Positions 36,517 to 50,054 of a stretch of DNA of 64,000 nt are shown here, in pieces. This DNA comes from Octopus sinensis (taxonomy: Eukaryota). Positions within the stretch are counted from its first letter, which is position 1. Every line of letters starts with the position of its first letter. The notes under the pieces are model-generated. The model saw nothing but the letters and a program-made list of their open reading frames with translations. It ran no database searches and was not told the DNA's origin. The stretch covers positions 29,202,001 to 29,266,000 of the forward strand of contig NC_043015.1 in NCBI RefSeq assembly GCF_006345805.1, given 5' to 3'. Position numbers and translations under genes: made by a program.

Positions 36517-36895
36517 AGAAGAAGAAGAAGAAGAAGAAGAGAAGAAGAAGAAGAAGAGAAGAAGAAGAAGAAGAAGAAGAGAGAAGAGAAGAATAAGAAG
36601 AAAGAAGAAGAAGAAGAGAAGAGAAGAAGACGGAAGAAGAAGAAGAAAGTAGAAGAAGAAGAAGAAGAAGAAGAAGAAGAAGAAGAAGAAAGAAGAAGAG
36701 AGACGAAGAAGAAAGAAGAAGAAGAAGAAGAAGAAGAAGAAGAAGGAGGAGAGGAGGAACAGAAGTGAAGAAGAAGAAGAAGAAAGAAGAAGAGAGAAGA
36801 AGAAGAACAGAAGAAGAAGAAGAAGAAGAAGAAGAAGAAGAAGAAGAAGAAGAAGAAGAAGAAGAAGAAGACGATGAAGAAGACGATGACGATGA
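36517..36895. repeat. ~380-bp imperfect (GAA)n tract
   Basis: Direct inspection. Confidence 0.97.
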
Positions 36896-37616
36896 TTGGG
36901 GGGGGACATGGCCGGATAGAGTAGGTAGATAATGGCTGAATGTTATTCGTTAATGGGTCTAATAATTTATCAGATAATTTCAGGGAGATTTTGGCTTAAA
37001 AATCAATGACAGTAATCAAGCTTAGTAATCAAACTAAAATGGAAGAAAATAAATCAGAAAACGAAGGAGGAGTTTCCATATAACATTAGTCAATCTGCTA
37101 AATTGTAACCAATAAATTTCCTTAATAAAAACACCCTTGTAATGTCTTTAAAACGGAGACAATAATTTGTAAGATCTTAGGAGAAGAACACTGATCTTTG
37201 TAATTGAACAATAAAGTTTGGCTTGAGGTAATAATACACTAGGTGATATCTTAATCTTTATGTACGTAGACTAGACTGATGGTCTTCTATGGGCTACTTT
37301 CAAACGTTCAATTAAACTAGCTTCAAACTTACATAGGTATTCTGAAGCTGAGATAACGAGTAAATTAATGATAAGAAAAACGGAGATGAAATGTCTTAAT
37401 AAAAGCCCCCCCCAACATCATCATCAGTCGTTTTCGTTCGATTGGAAAGATGTTTGAAAAGTAGAAAATAAATTCTTAAAAGCATGTTTACAAAAAAAAA
37501 AGTTAACAAGTAATTTGAATATCCAAAGTTTGTTTTGTGCTGGTGCACTTTTGAAAGTGCAATGTGCAAATGTTCATATAAATGATATAAATGTGTACAC
37601 ACAAATATATTCATAT

Positions 37617-37647
<31 letters not shown>

Positions 37648-37754
37648 ACAATATATAATAATGATATGATATTAGGAGTATAGCTCCAAACTTACAGGGA
37701 AAAATTCGATTTAGTATTAAATCAAATTCACAGTATAAATATATAAAATATGAA

Positions 37755-38125
37755 TTAGAGATATAAAACCACTATATGCAACTCAAACAGTGATAGACAT
37801 AAACCAATACATAAATAACAAATAATATAAATATAATGAATATAAATATAATATATATATATATAATTTTTTTCTTTTTTTTCAGAAAGTATAAAAAGAA
37901 TGATAAATATAATATAAGTTAATATTGTAAGTTTTATCTCTAATTCCATTTTATATATATATATGTATGTATATATGTTATATATATGTATGTATATATG
38001 TAATATATAGTGTATGTATATATATATTATATATGTATGTATATATATATATATATTATTATATAATATATATATATATGTGTGTTGCATTATATTATAT
38101 ATATATATATATTATATATATATTG

Positions 38126-38156
<31 letters not shown>

Positions 38157-38160
38157 ATAG
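37755..38160. repeat. (TA)n-rich compound microsatellite
   Basis: Direct inspection. Confidence 0.93.
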
Positions 38161-38416
38161 GTATAGATTCGACCCCATCCCACATATTGAGAAGAAAACT
38201 TCTCAACCACACTCTCATGTCTCATTCATTAAAAGTTATATCAATTAAAAAAATATTTTATTTTGATGAAAATTCCTTATTTTTGTATATTTGCCATGTT
38301 TCTTCTTTTTCTTTCTTTTTTTGTTTTAATCTTTGATCTTTTAATTGTTTTAGTCATTAGACTGCGGCCATGCTAGGGCAATGCCTTGAAAGATTTTAGT
38401 CAAACAAATTGACTCC

Positions 38417-38456
<40 letters not shown>

Positions 38457-39356
38457 CAGATGATGGGCTTCTTTCAGTTTCTGTCTACCAAATACACCCA
38501 CATATCTTTGGTCAGCTTGCGGCTATAATAGAAGACACTATCCCAAGGAACCCCACGATGGAATTGAACTGAAAACCGTATGATCGGGAAGCAGACTTCT
38601 TCCCACACAACCACCGAAACATAAACATCATATTTAACTAAAAATTTGAGTCAAAATTCAGCGCCACCAATGCAAAGATATACAATTCCTGCATCATGGC
38701 AATGTCATCTGCTGCACAATGTTAAAGTTCCATGTCTGTAGTTTGAATTTCAAGCAGCAGTTTAGATGCGCCTGCTTTCAGTTGCACTTTGCAGAAAATT
38801 GATTTCTTCTGCCTTCTTTCCTCAAGTCTGAAGCACAGAAACCTTCTTTTTTTTTTCTTTTTTTTTTTTTTTTCTAAAACATTGAAAGGAGAAGGGGGGA
38901 AATCTGGTTCCTTCACCAAAAACCTTTTTTCCATACCAAAATATCAGCGGAAGGAAATTTGACTAAACTAAAATCTTTTCTTTAATTCCATGTTTATTTT
39001 AATAGTGTTATTGTTTTTTTTTTCTTTCCCTTCTGCAGGAAAAAGTTAGTGTGGGAGATAAAAGGTCATTCGTTCTATCTGAGTTTTGTGCTATTTTTTA
39101 AATTTATTTATTATTATTATATTATTATTATTATTATTTTTATTGTTTTTTTAAAAAATTAAAAAAATTTTTTTTTTTTAATATATTTTGCAAATCCTTC
39201 TTCGAACAAGTTTACAGTTATTATTTTTTTATTTCATTTTATTTTCTCGCTAAAATCAATTGTTGGCATATAATTCTTGAATTTTTAGATATAATTTCAC
39301 ATCCACCATCGACATCATCACCAACATCACCATTGCCATATGCAAAAAACATCAAT

Positions 39357-39387
<31 letters not shown>

Positions 39388-39455
39388 CTACAGCATCATT
39401 ATTAATGCTTTTATAGATATCATTCCAGTTTCTTCCCATCACAAAAACAACTGAC

Positions 39456-39627
39456 CCTGTCATAATGCCTGCCAGATTGACTGATATGTAATAAGTGGCA
39501 CCAAAAGATAATTGAAGATTTTGATCGATCGCAATATTATGTACACAAACGAAAGTATACGAAACAAAGAGGTTAATGGTTCCATCAATAATTCTTTGAC
39601 CAGTGGCGTTCACTTTCTCCAGCATTG
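39456..39627 (-). pseudogene. Candidate exon or relic encoding part of an FN3-like repeat
   Basis: Acceptor ccttaactttataag, donor AGG|gtcagt; AMLEKVNATGQRIIDGTINLFVSYTFVCVHNIAIDQNLQLSFGATYYISVNLAGIMTG contains L.L..G..YYISV..N.AG-like residues. Confidence 0.35.
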
Positions 39628-39709
39628 CTTATAAAGTTAAGGATAGCAATCTTATTCTCTAAGATCAGAATGTAGGAACTCAGCAAAATCTTAAAAGAGA
39701 TTCATTGTG

Positions 39710-40145
39710 TGGTGGTAAGAAGTTTCCTTCTTGGTTCAGTCCCACTGTGTGGAACCTTGGGAAAATGTCTTCTATTATAGCCCAAGGCCGATCAAAGCCT
39801 TGTGAGTGGATTTGGTAGAAGGAAACTGAAAGAAGCCCATCGTATATATGTGTTTGTGTGTGTGTGTGTGTATGACTTTGTGCCTCTGTGTGTGTGTGAG
39901 TGTGTGTGTGCGTGCGCGTGTGTGTATGTGTGTATGACTTTGTGTCTGTGTTTGTCCCCCCACTATTGCTTGGTAACTGGTGTTGGTGTGTTTATGACCC
40001 CGTAACTTAGCTGTTTGGAGACCAATAGAATAAGTAGCTGGCTTCAGAAAAAAATAAGTACTGGGGTGGATTTGTTCAACTAAAATTCTTAAAGATGGTG
40101 CCCAAGCATGGCCACAGTCTAATGACTGAAACAAATAAAAGGTAA
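39710..40145 (+). mobile_element. Older SINE-A copy
   Basis: Diverged family match. Confidence 0.82.
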
Positions 40146-40219
40146 AAAATATGAATAAAGATATATATATATGTATATATGTATATATATGTATATGTGT
40201 GTGTGTGTGTGTGTGTATT

Positions 40220-40412
40220 CGCCATGATAGATCACTAGCCTCTACACATTCTTTGTTTTCTCTCCTTGCTTTTTCTGTGTTCCTTTCTGTGGAAGAGCGT
40301 AGGCTCGAAACATTAAAGACTTTTTCACTTCCCGAGCGTTAAACTAATACACCTGTTTGTTGTCTACACCACCAGTCTTCGTCTTTTGTTTTTTTTTTGT
40401 GAATTCTCCCTA
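40220..40412 (+). mobile_element. Repeat family C copy (more diverged subfamily)
   Basis: cgccatgatagatcactagcc...gaattctccc then (TA)n; hammerhead-like motif at 40283-40318. Confidence 0.85.
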
Positions 40413-40419
40413 TATATAT

Positions 40420-40573
40420 ATGTGTGTGTATATACATGTATATGTAGAAGTGTATGTATGTATATATATATATATATGCATACATGCACACACATGAAAA
40501 CATTTACAAATTATCATTACTATCATTATCATTATTATTATCATCATTATTATTATTATTACTATTATTATTG

Positions 40574-40607
<34 letters not shown>

Positions 40608-40717
40608 TATCATCATCATTATCAACATTATTATTATTACTATTATTATTGTTATTATTATTATTGTTATTATTATTATTATTATCATCATCATTATTAT
40701 TATTATTACTATTATTA

Positions 40718-40778
<61 letters not shown>

Positions 40779-40852
40779 CATCATCATCATTATTATTATC
40801 ATCACTATCATTATTATTATCATTATTATTATCATCATCATTATTGTTATTA

Positions 40853-40883
<31 letters not shown>

Positions 40884-41193
40884 CATCACCATCATTATTA
40901 TTATTATTTGTAAATGGTTTCATGTGTTAACACCTACTTTGATCAGAATTCATCTATTGGGATGGTCTCCACTTTGAAAATGGAAAATTCATAGTTATAC
41001 TTTTATGATTATAACATAAATTTTCATACGGCTCTGTTCTGTGATGCATTGTTTGGGTGTCAAAAAACATAAGTATTTTCTATCTATCCAAAATATTTTA
41101 TGGTCATTCTCTTCTCTCCCTCTATCTATCTATGTATACAAATATATATATTATATATATATATATATATTATGCGTGTATGTGTGTTGATAC

Positions 41194-41227
<34 letters not shown>

Positions 41228-41240
41228 TGTATGTGTGTGG

Positions 41241-41292
<52 letters not shown>

Positions 41293-41850
41293 TATATATA
41301 CACATATATAGTATATTATATATATATAGATATACATATATATATGTATGTAGTATGTATACAGAATATATACAACACACACACACACACATATTATACA
41401 TATATATACATTATACATACACACATATATATATGTACAAATACATAGATTTTCATTTATATATATTTACACACATATTATATATATATTATATATATAT
41501 ATACACACACATATATATATATAACACACATATATATAAATATAAACACATATAAATATATATATATATCACATATTATAAATATATATATATATACACA
41601 TATATATAAATATATATCTATACACACACACACATAATATATATATATATATATTATATATATATAATGTATATACACACATATATCTGTGTATATATAC
41701 ACCAAATAAATGCATACATAATATATATATGTATGTATATACATATATACATACATATATATATACTACATTTATATATACATATATACCTACATATATA
41801 AGTGTGTGTATGTTTGTGTGTGTCAGTACATACATACATACATACATACC
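40420..41850. repeat. ~400-bp (TAT)/(CAT) tract (40510-40908) and ~700-bp (TA)/(CA) tract (41140-41850)
   Basis: Direct inspection. Confidence 0.95.
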
Positions 41851-42753
41851 AAAGCACATACATATTCCAAATAACTTGCCTGAAACATATATTTGAAATA
41901 ATCGATATTTTCCATTCTTAACCTAATGAAGTGTGGCTTTTATTTTGAAATTAATAGAAGCAAAAGTGCCTAACATGTTAATTTCATTTTCTTAATTTTC
42001 TTTTCCTTTTTTTCATCCTTTTTCTTTTTTTTTTTATGTCCACCAAACTTCTCTAAAATCTGTTAAAATGTTCAGACAAAAAAATTCTAATTAGTGTTAG
42101 AAGAGTGAATATTGTGGTGCAAACTATTCAAATATTGGGTTTGTGTGTTTTATAAACATCTTTGCAATATAATACGTGACAGCATTAATATATGTTTTTT
42201 TTTCCGATGTTTTATTTATTTATTTATTTATTTCCTTTACTTCCTGTTTTAAAATTGAATAGATTACTTAATAGATTGACAAGGAAAAGAAATCAAAACA
42301 AATCAAAAACAGTAAAAAATAATACACAAAAAAGAAAAAAATCATGGACACAGTTTAGAGACTTTTAGTTGATCAAATCTACTAAATAAATATTGAGTCT
42401 ATTTGAGAGAGGACACGGTAATTTGAACCAACGGATTAAGCATTCTAATAGCAAGCAAATGTTAAGGTTGCTAGTCACTGCCCTACCATGATAGAATTTC
42501 CTCCTTAATTCTTAATATCCTATTGAAAATTTTCAAAGTCCTGGCTTGTAATTTATTCTGTCATAGAACAAACATGAATGATAGAAGGGAGCTAGAATTT
42601 TCTCTCTAAAATAGTTCACTTCCCAACTACATGAGTCCAGGTTCACACCCACTGCATGACACCTTTGGCAAGTGTTTCTATTGTTAATTTGGTTGACAGA
42701 AACTGAAAGAAATCCATCATACACACACACATATATATATACATACATACATA

Positions 42754-42811
<58 letters not shown>

Positions 42812-42871
42812 CCAACCCATGCTAGCATGGAAAGTGGACGTTAAACGACGACGAGGACAACGATATATATT

Positions 42872-43193
42872 GGAGGTGCAATGGCCCAGTGGTTAGGGCA
42901 GCGGACTCGCGGTTGTAGGATCGCGGCTTCGATTCCCAGACCGGGCGTTGTGAGTGTTTATTGAGCAAAAACACCTAAAGCTCCACAAGGCTCTGGCAGG
43001 TGGTGGGTGTATTTCGTCTGCTGTTACGTTCTGAGTTCAAATTCCACCGAGGTCGACTTTCCCTTTCATCCTTTCGGGGTCGATTAAATAAGTACCAGTT
43101 ACGCATTGGGATCGATATAATCGACTTAATCCATTTGTCTGTCCTTGTTTGTCCTCTCTGTGTTTAGCCCCTTGTGGGTAGTAAAGAAATAGG
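42872..43193 (+). mobile_element. Chimeric SINE: family E head joined to family D body
   Basis: GGAGGTGCAATGGCCCAGTGGTTAGGGC head; switches at ~43009 (gtatttcgtc) to the D body, which ends gtaaagaaatagg. Confidence 0.82.
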
Positions 43194-43289
43194 TACTATA
43201 CTATTTTGACCTGCAGTAGTGTATTATACTGAGATTTACACAAGCAAAAGATGTTGTATAATGTGTGTTATATCATGGTATATTTGTAC

Positions 43290-43635
43290 AAAAGAGCTGC
43301 ATGATTCAGTGGTTAGAGCATCAGGCTCACAATCATGAGGTAGTGAGTTCAATTCCTGGACCAGGCTGTGTGTTGTGTTCTTGAGCAAGGCACTTTATTT
43401 CATGTTGCTCCAGTTCACTCAGTTGTAAAAATGAGTTGTGATGTCACTGGTGCCAAGCTGTATCAGCCTTTGCCTTTCCCTTGGATAACACTGGGGCATG
43501 TAGAGGGGAGGCTGGTATGCATGGGTGACTGCTGGTCTCCCATAAACAACCTTATCTGGACTTGTGCCTCGGAGAGGAACTTTCTAGGTGCAATCCTATG
43601 GTCAGTCATGACTGAAGGGAGTCTTCACCCTTTAA
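43290..43635 (+). mobile_element. tRNA-derived SINE family F (CORE-like)
   Basis: GTGGTTAGAGCA A-box, GAGTTCAATTCC B-box, ttgagcaaggcacttt segment; related fragment at ~56870-57045 (-). Confidence 0.75.
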
Positions 43636-43679
43636 GTAGTAGGCCGTCTCTCTATATCAATGATGATTGTTCATATGTA

Positions 43680-43985
43680 TAGTTTGTTTGTTCCTTCTCG
43701 AGCCATGCCTGGCTCATAAGGGCCGGTTTCCTGGTTTCCTTGGTGTATAGGTTCCCCACCGGGACGGTCCGCCGGTCCATCGCAGGTGAGCTGCAAGATG
43801 CAGGAGGAAAGAGTGAGAGAAAGTTGTGGCGAAGGAGTCAGCAGAAGTTCGCCATTACCTTCTGCCGGAGCTTGCTGGAGCTTAGGTGTTTTGCTCATAA
43901 ACACATACATCACCCGATCTGAGATTCGAAACCGCGATCCCTCGACCACGAGTCCACTGCTCTAACCACTAGGCCATGTGCCTCC
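43680..43985 (-). mobile_element. SINE family E full length
   Basis: rc head GGAGGCACATGGCCTAGTGGTTAGAGC...GGTTTCGAATC; tail ttgtttgttcc. Confidence 0.82.
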
Positions 43986-44293
43986 ACTCATATGTATAGT
44001 CACAAATCATAGCATTACTCATAGGAATACTCTCCTTCATGGTGTCCTGTCTTGGACTGCTATAAATAGTACCACATTTTATTCCCACGTGCAAGATTTT
44101 CATTTCAGGTTTTATAGGCACAGGCATAGTTGTGTGGTAAGAAGTTTGCTTCCCAACCACATGATTCTGGGTTCAGTCCCACTGTGTGGCACCTTGATCA
44201 AATGTCTTCTACTATAACCTCCTGGTCATTGCCTGAGTTACTGGTGCCTTCGGTCAGCCCCATCTTCAGATGAGAGCCCAAACACCTTGTCTA

Positions 44294-44694
44294 TACTCTT
44301 TTACTTGTTTCAGTCATTTGACTGCGGCCATGCTGGAGCACCGCCTTTAGTCGAGCAAATCGACCCCGGGACTTATTCTTTTGTAAGCCCAGTACATATT
44401 CTATCGGTCTCTTTTGCCGAACCGCTAAGTAACGGGGGCATAAACACACCAGTATCGGATGTCAAGCAATACTAGGAGGACAAACACAGACACAAACACA
44501 CACACGCATATATATATATATACATATATACAACGGGCTTCTTTCAGTTTCCGTCCACCAAATCCACTCACAAGGCTTTGGTCGGCCCGAGGCTATAGTA
44601 GAAGACACTTGCCCAAGGTGCCACGCAGTGGGACTGAACCCGGAACCATGTGGTTGGTAAACAAGCTACCTACCACACAGCCACACCTTCGCCT
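44294..44694 (-). mobile_element. SINE-A full length
   Basis: Family match. Confidence 0.92.
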
Positions 44695-45599
44695 GTCTAT
44701 AAAATTTTTATCTATAGATCAATAAATAGAAATATGTGCAAAAGATTTACAAAATGTAGAGATATATAAGGAGAGAATGATTTATTGCATATACAAGGAT
44801 AAATCCATTGCTCAAATGTGAAAATTATGCAGATGATGTAAGGGCTATTGGTATCAAATATAAAATGTTAATTATAAAATATAACATAAATTATATAATG
44901 TAAGATTCATTTGAAAATATGAGATCTAAGATCCATTGACTATACAATATAAATCTAATGGATGTATTTTGGACAACAAAAGGACTGTTGCTGAGAATGG
45001 AAAACCAGTAGATTAGGTTAACAAATGAGACAACTTAGATAATATATTCTTGTTATAACGTGGTGATAAAAATTGGATGAAATGAAACAAGTGCAATGAA
45101 GTGGAATTAGATTATTAAATGGGAAAAATTCCAAGAAGAAATATGAATTTCAAAACCAAAAAGAAATTTTTGTAAGAACCTAACAGATTTCGGAATAGAT
45201 ATGAGTGTGAAAGGATGAATTTGTAGATCTAAACAGCAAAATGACAGTAAGGAACAAATGAATTTAACGGTGGATGTTGGTGTTTAGGAAGTTGAAAATA
45301 AAGGAAACTAGCAACAGAAAAAGATAGTTTAATCAATAGCGTATTGTGATTGGAAAATACTACTTAATCAATAGTACTAGAATTACAGGAAGATAAAATG
45401 ATAGGAAGACAATATTTCATTAATAGTACACAGCAAAAGCAAAAGACAAATGTTTAATCTATAATTCCTAACAGAAGTTCCTAACAACATTATATCATAC
45501 ATGATTTTAAAATCTATTCATTCTGTTTACGTACGATATTTATTCAAAAATATAACAATCAGACAAGACAAGATGGCTTGAGTGAAAGACAAGAGTTTT

Positions 45600-46300
45600 A
45601 TATGATTCAAGCAAGGTAGGAGTGAGAGAGAGAGAGTGTGTATGAGCGAGAGAGGGAGTGTGTGTATGAGGGAGAGGAGGAGAAAGAGAGAGAAAGAGAG
45701 GGTAGGAGGGAGAAAAAGAAAGGGGGTAAATCTATAAACAGATACTGAAAGAAGAAAGAGAGACGGAAATAGTCAGGGTGACTGTGTTGTGAAGAGAGAC
45801 AATGAGTGAAAGACACTGAGACAGATGTATGGGGACATATAACAATAAAAAGCATATGTGCACAGACATATAAATACATATATATATATATAATTATATG
45901 TGTATGCGTGCACACACAGACACACACACAGACACACACACAGACACATATGCATGAAGGCAAACAACTAGAAAGACAGAAAGTTGAATGTACATAAGAC
46001 AGATAAACAGATCGTTTAGAGAAAGGGACACCTATTGAAAGAGAAAGAGACGGACATATATAGAGAGAGAGAGTGAGAAAGCAAGAGAGAGACAGAGACA
46101 GACAGAGACAGAGACAGAGACAGACAGACACACTGCGACACACAGATGGACACAGAGAGGGAAAGCGATCGGCAAACAAAGAAATATATTTCGAGAGAGG
46201 AAACACTGAAAGAGAAATGGCCAAACATAGAGAGAGATATATATATAAAGACACATACAGAAAGACAGACTGGTTCACACACTGATAGATAGATGGACAT
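45600..46300. repeat. GA/CA-rich low-complexity tract
   Basis: Direct inspection. Confidence 0.9.
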
Positions 46301-46775
46301 ATAAATATAAATGCAAATAGTGCAAAGGACAGACTGGAAAAGGTAATGATATATTTAGCAAGGTAGGATTAGCAGCTTAAAAGTGCAATTAATGAAAATA
46401 AAACAAGCAGGAATTTTTGTTTTACTTTTTTACATATAACCAATCACTTAAAAGATTTCCTTCCCGTCCTCTCAGAAAAACCATTCTAATTACTATTGCT
46501 TCTGTCTTTGACATCCAGAAACGCCATGAGAACATAGGAATTTGGTAGACAGTCGGACTAGACGCATTATATGCCCACTTTGTTTTAAGGTCAAATCTTG
46601 AAGGGAATGACTTCACTCTTACTTCCTTTGGGTGGGGTCAAGAAAATATGCTATGCATCGATAAAATTCCAATGACCAAACATTTCTCTATATTTGAAGT
46701 GTTCTTTAAGAATAAACCATCTTCTGTATTCTATACCAAAGAAATTAATATGAAGAACACTGGAAATAAACAAAC

Positions 46776-47180
46776 AGGCACAGGGGTGGCTGTGTGGTAA
46801 GTAGCTTGTTTACCAACCACATGGTTCCGGGTTCAGTCCCACTGCGTGGCACCTTGGGCAAGTGTCTTCTACTATAGCCTCGGGCCGACCAAAGCCTTGT
46901 GAGTGGATTTGGTAGACGGAAACTCAAAGAAGCCTGTCGTATATATGTATATATATATATATGTGCGTGTATGTTTGTGTGTCTGTGTTTGTCCCCCTAG
47001 CATTGCTTGACAACCGATGCTGGTGTGTTTATGTCCCCGTCACTTAGCGGTTTGGCAAAAGAGACCGATAGAATAAGTACTGGGCTTACAAAGAATAAGT
47101 CCCGGGGTCGAGTTGCTCGAGTAAAGGCGGTGCTCCAGCATGGCCGCAGTCAAAATGACTGAAACAAGTAAAAAGAAAGA
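46776..47180 (+). mobile_element. SINE-A full length
   Basis: Family match. Confidence 0.92.
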
Positions 47181-47249
47181 AACAAATAAACAAAAAATTT
47201 CCAAATTCTCACTTAACTTATTCTAATTTTATTTTATTTTATATATATA

Positions 47250-47630
47250 TTTTTTATCTCTTGCTGGGTCTGGAGGCTGGGTCTTGTATAGCCTTCATAA
47301 GCTCTCCAAGATTGGTGATACTGATGCCATTAATATTCCTCATGAGCTGCTGTAAGTCAACACTTGTGGAAAAGGTATTGGCATGAAGAAAGTTCCAGAG
47401 AGCTGACATTCTGAGACTGAAGAACTGAGCATAGGGACTAGTGTGAGGCATAATGTATTAGACACAACAAGATTGATAAGAAGAAGAAGAAGAAGAGAGA
47501 GACAATGAGGTCAGGAATGCCTTAGTAGAAAAGGTTATGAGTCCAACAGCTCTAAGATGCAGAGGCCATTATACTAGCAGTAGAGAAAGCTGAGAGGAGA
47601 GACCAGAAGCTGAGAGTATATCTGTGAGTA
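47250..47630 (-). mobile_element. Degenerate CR1/L2-type LINE RT C-terminal fragment
   Basis: QFFSLRMSALWNFLHANTFSTSVDLQQLMRNIN resembles FF.R....WN.LP...F....L..FK..I. Confidence 0.6.
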
Positions 47631-47702
47631 ACTTTATACCAGTCAGTCATGGTGTAGCAGCCAAATTCCCTCCACTAAATGGCAATAACATGTAAATATT
47701 TC

Positions 47703-48117
47703 TATATTTCTTTACTGCCCATAAGGGGCTAAACATAGAGGGGATAAACAAGGACAGACAAACGGATTAAGTCAATTACATCGACCCCAGTGCGTAACTG
47801 GTACTTTATTTATCGACCCTGAAAGAATGAAAGACAAAGTCGACCTCGGCAGAATTTGAACTCAGAACATAACGGCAGACGAAATAACTATTTCTTTACT
47901 ACCCACAAGGGGCTAAACACAGAGGGGATAAACAAGGACAAACGGATTAAGTCGATTATATCTACCCCAGTACATAACTGGTACTTAATTTATCAACCCT
48001 GAAAAGATGAAAGACAAAGTCGACCTCTACGGAATTTGAACTCAGAACATAACAGCAGACGAAATACCGCTAAGCATATCACCCGGCATGCTAACGTTTC
48101 TGCCAGCTCGCTGCCTT
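47703..48117 (-). mobile_element. SINE family D, full copy plus tandem headless copy
   Basis: Same dimer architecture and junction as 17211-17624. Confidence 0.85.
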
Positions 48118-48794
48118 ATAGGTTTCAACTACAATATCAGCAGACTGTGACCACGTTTTAACAAATTCTATCATTGCTACACCACCAAAGTGAACTAGCT
48201 GTGAGTACATGCACTAAAACAGTTTAAGCCTTTTGTGACCCTGTTTTAAATGAATTATACAAGCCACGTGTTTCAATTAATTTTGAAAATAATCAAGAAT
48301 TTGCTCTTACTCTTTTACTTGTTTCAGTCATTTTGACTGTGGCCATGCTGGAACAATAAAAACATACAGATAGATGGACAATACAAAGACAGACAAGAAA
48401 ACCAGGATGGAACATTCATGGCTTTCTATTCATCAGTCAAGTTTTCAATTGTCATTACAGTTTTGGCCTGTCACACCTGAGACTGTTCGAAATTGGTAGG
48501 CCCCAAAAATCTAAGTTAAGGGCATTAAATTTTTGGAAAAATGCAAGTAAATATGTGATAATACAGACAAAAAAAATGAGAAAACAGAGAAAATGTTACA
48601 TGATTACAAATACAAGCAACAAGAATAACAACAGGTGTCTTTCGACTAAAAGGACAAGTTAAGTTAAGCTGGTTTGTGAAGTGGAAGCCTTGTGGCATAA
48701 TTTTATGTGTGTGTGTGTATTTGTCTCCCACCACTGCTTGACAACTGTGTTGGTGTGTTTACATCTCTGCAACTTAGCAGTTTGGCAAAGAAGA

Positions 48795-49055
48795 ACATCA
48801 TCATCATCATCATCATTTACCGTCCGCTTTCCATGCTAGCATGGGTTGGACGGTTCGACCGGGGTCTGGGAAGCCAGCAGGCTGCACCAGGCTCCAATCT
48901 TGATCTGGTAGTGTTTCTACAGCTGGATGCCCTTCCTAACGCCAACCACTCCGTGAGTGTAAGTGGGTGCTTTTTACGTGCCACCAGCACAGGTGCCACG
49001 GGAGGCTGGCAGCGACCCCGATCGGTTGGTGCTTTTTACATGCCACCGGCACAGA
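48795..49055 (-). mobile_element. SINE-B nested in an old SINE-A
   Basis: SINE-A body (ttggcaaag...gatagaataagt) continues on both sides. Confidence 0.8.
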
Positions 49056-49713
49056 AGCAAGAGATAGAATAAGTAACAGGTTTAAAAAGAGACAAAATAA
49101 TCACTGGAGGGGGGGGCAATTCATTTGACTAAAAATTCTTCGTGGTGGTGTCCTAGCATGACCACAGTCTAATGATTGAAACATGCAAAAGACAGAAGAT
49201 TATAAGTAGAGCGTGTTTCAAGAGAACTCGACTGCTATTTCTAGCAGTCTCTTCAGCTGCTCAACACCGCAGCCAAACTTCCTTTTAATTAATTGGGACT
49301 GTCTGTTTGAAGTCCTAAATGTCAGTCCTAAAATAAAGATGAAATGGTCATGACTGGAACGGCACAAACCGAAAGCTACATCAATCGTCTGCCATCAGGC
49401 TATAAGTCTACTCTGCAAGACCTGAACAACACCACCACCACCACCACCACCACCACCACAGACGACAACAACAATGGTAAGAACAACAACAACAGCAACA
49501 ACAATATTGCCATAATGTGATCTATTCTGTAGAAACCATAGTAACAGAAATGAACTTTAATCCTAGTAAAGTGTTGATTAGGTAATTAAATTAAGACAAT
49601 GTAATTATTCTAAAGTAAAGAACTCAGATTTATTTTAATGATAAAAGTTTTTACACTATCACTACTATTACTATCATTTATACACTGATATAGAAGATAC
49701 CGAAAATATTTAG

Positions 49714-49772
<59 letters not shown>

Positions 49773-50006
49773 GTACATATCAGATAAAATAATATACATA
49801 TATAATCATCAACATCATCATTTAATGTCACATATATATGTATGCATGTATGTATGCATATATATTGGACGAAATATTATATCTATATTATATATAAATG
49901 ACTATATGTATAAATATATATATATATTGATGCATATATGTATACATACATACATGTATACATATATACATGTATACATATATACATGTATACATACATA
50001 CATACA

Positions 50007-50054
<48 letters not shown>

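Noticed and set aside
40386-41863. ORFs of poly-Y/H/I/L/N and IYIY type (also 10397-11430, 18915-19224, 24126-24581, 36430-36909, 53875-55033, 57790-58197)
   Set aside because: Pure microsatellite translations, open in several frames at once.
44700-45560. Possible L1/Tx1 LINE 3' relic (also ~21880-22250)
   Set aside because: A-rich and coding-like in texture, but no motif could be translated convincingly.
46422-46616. Protein-like open frames on both strands (also 48598-48643, 21356-21538, 34690-34800)
   Set aside because: Plausible frames exist on either strand with mediocre splice sites; indistinguishable from chance in AT-rich DNA without RNA data.
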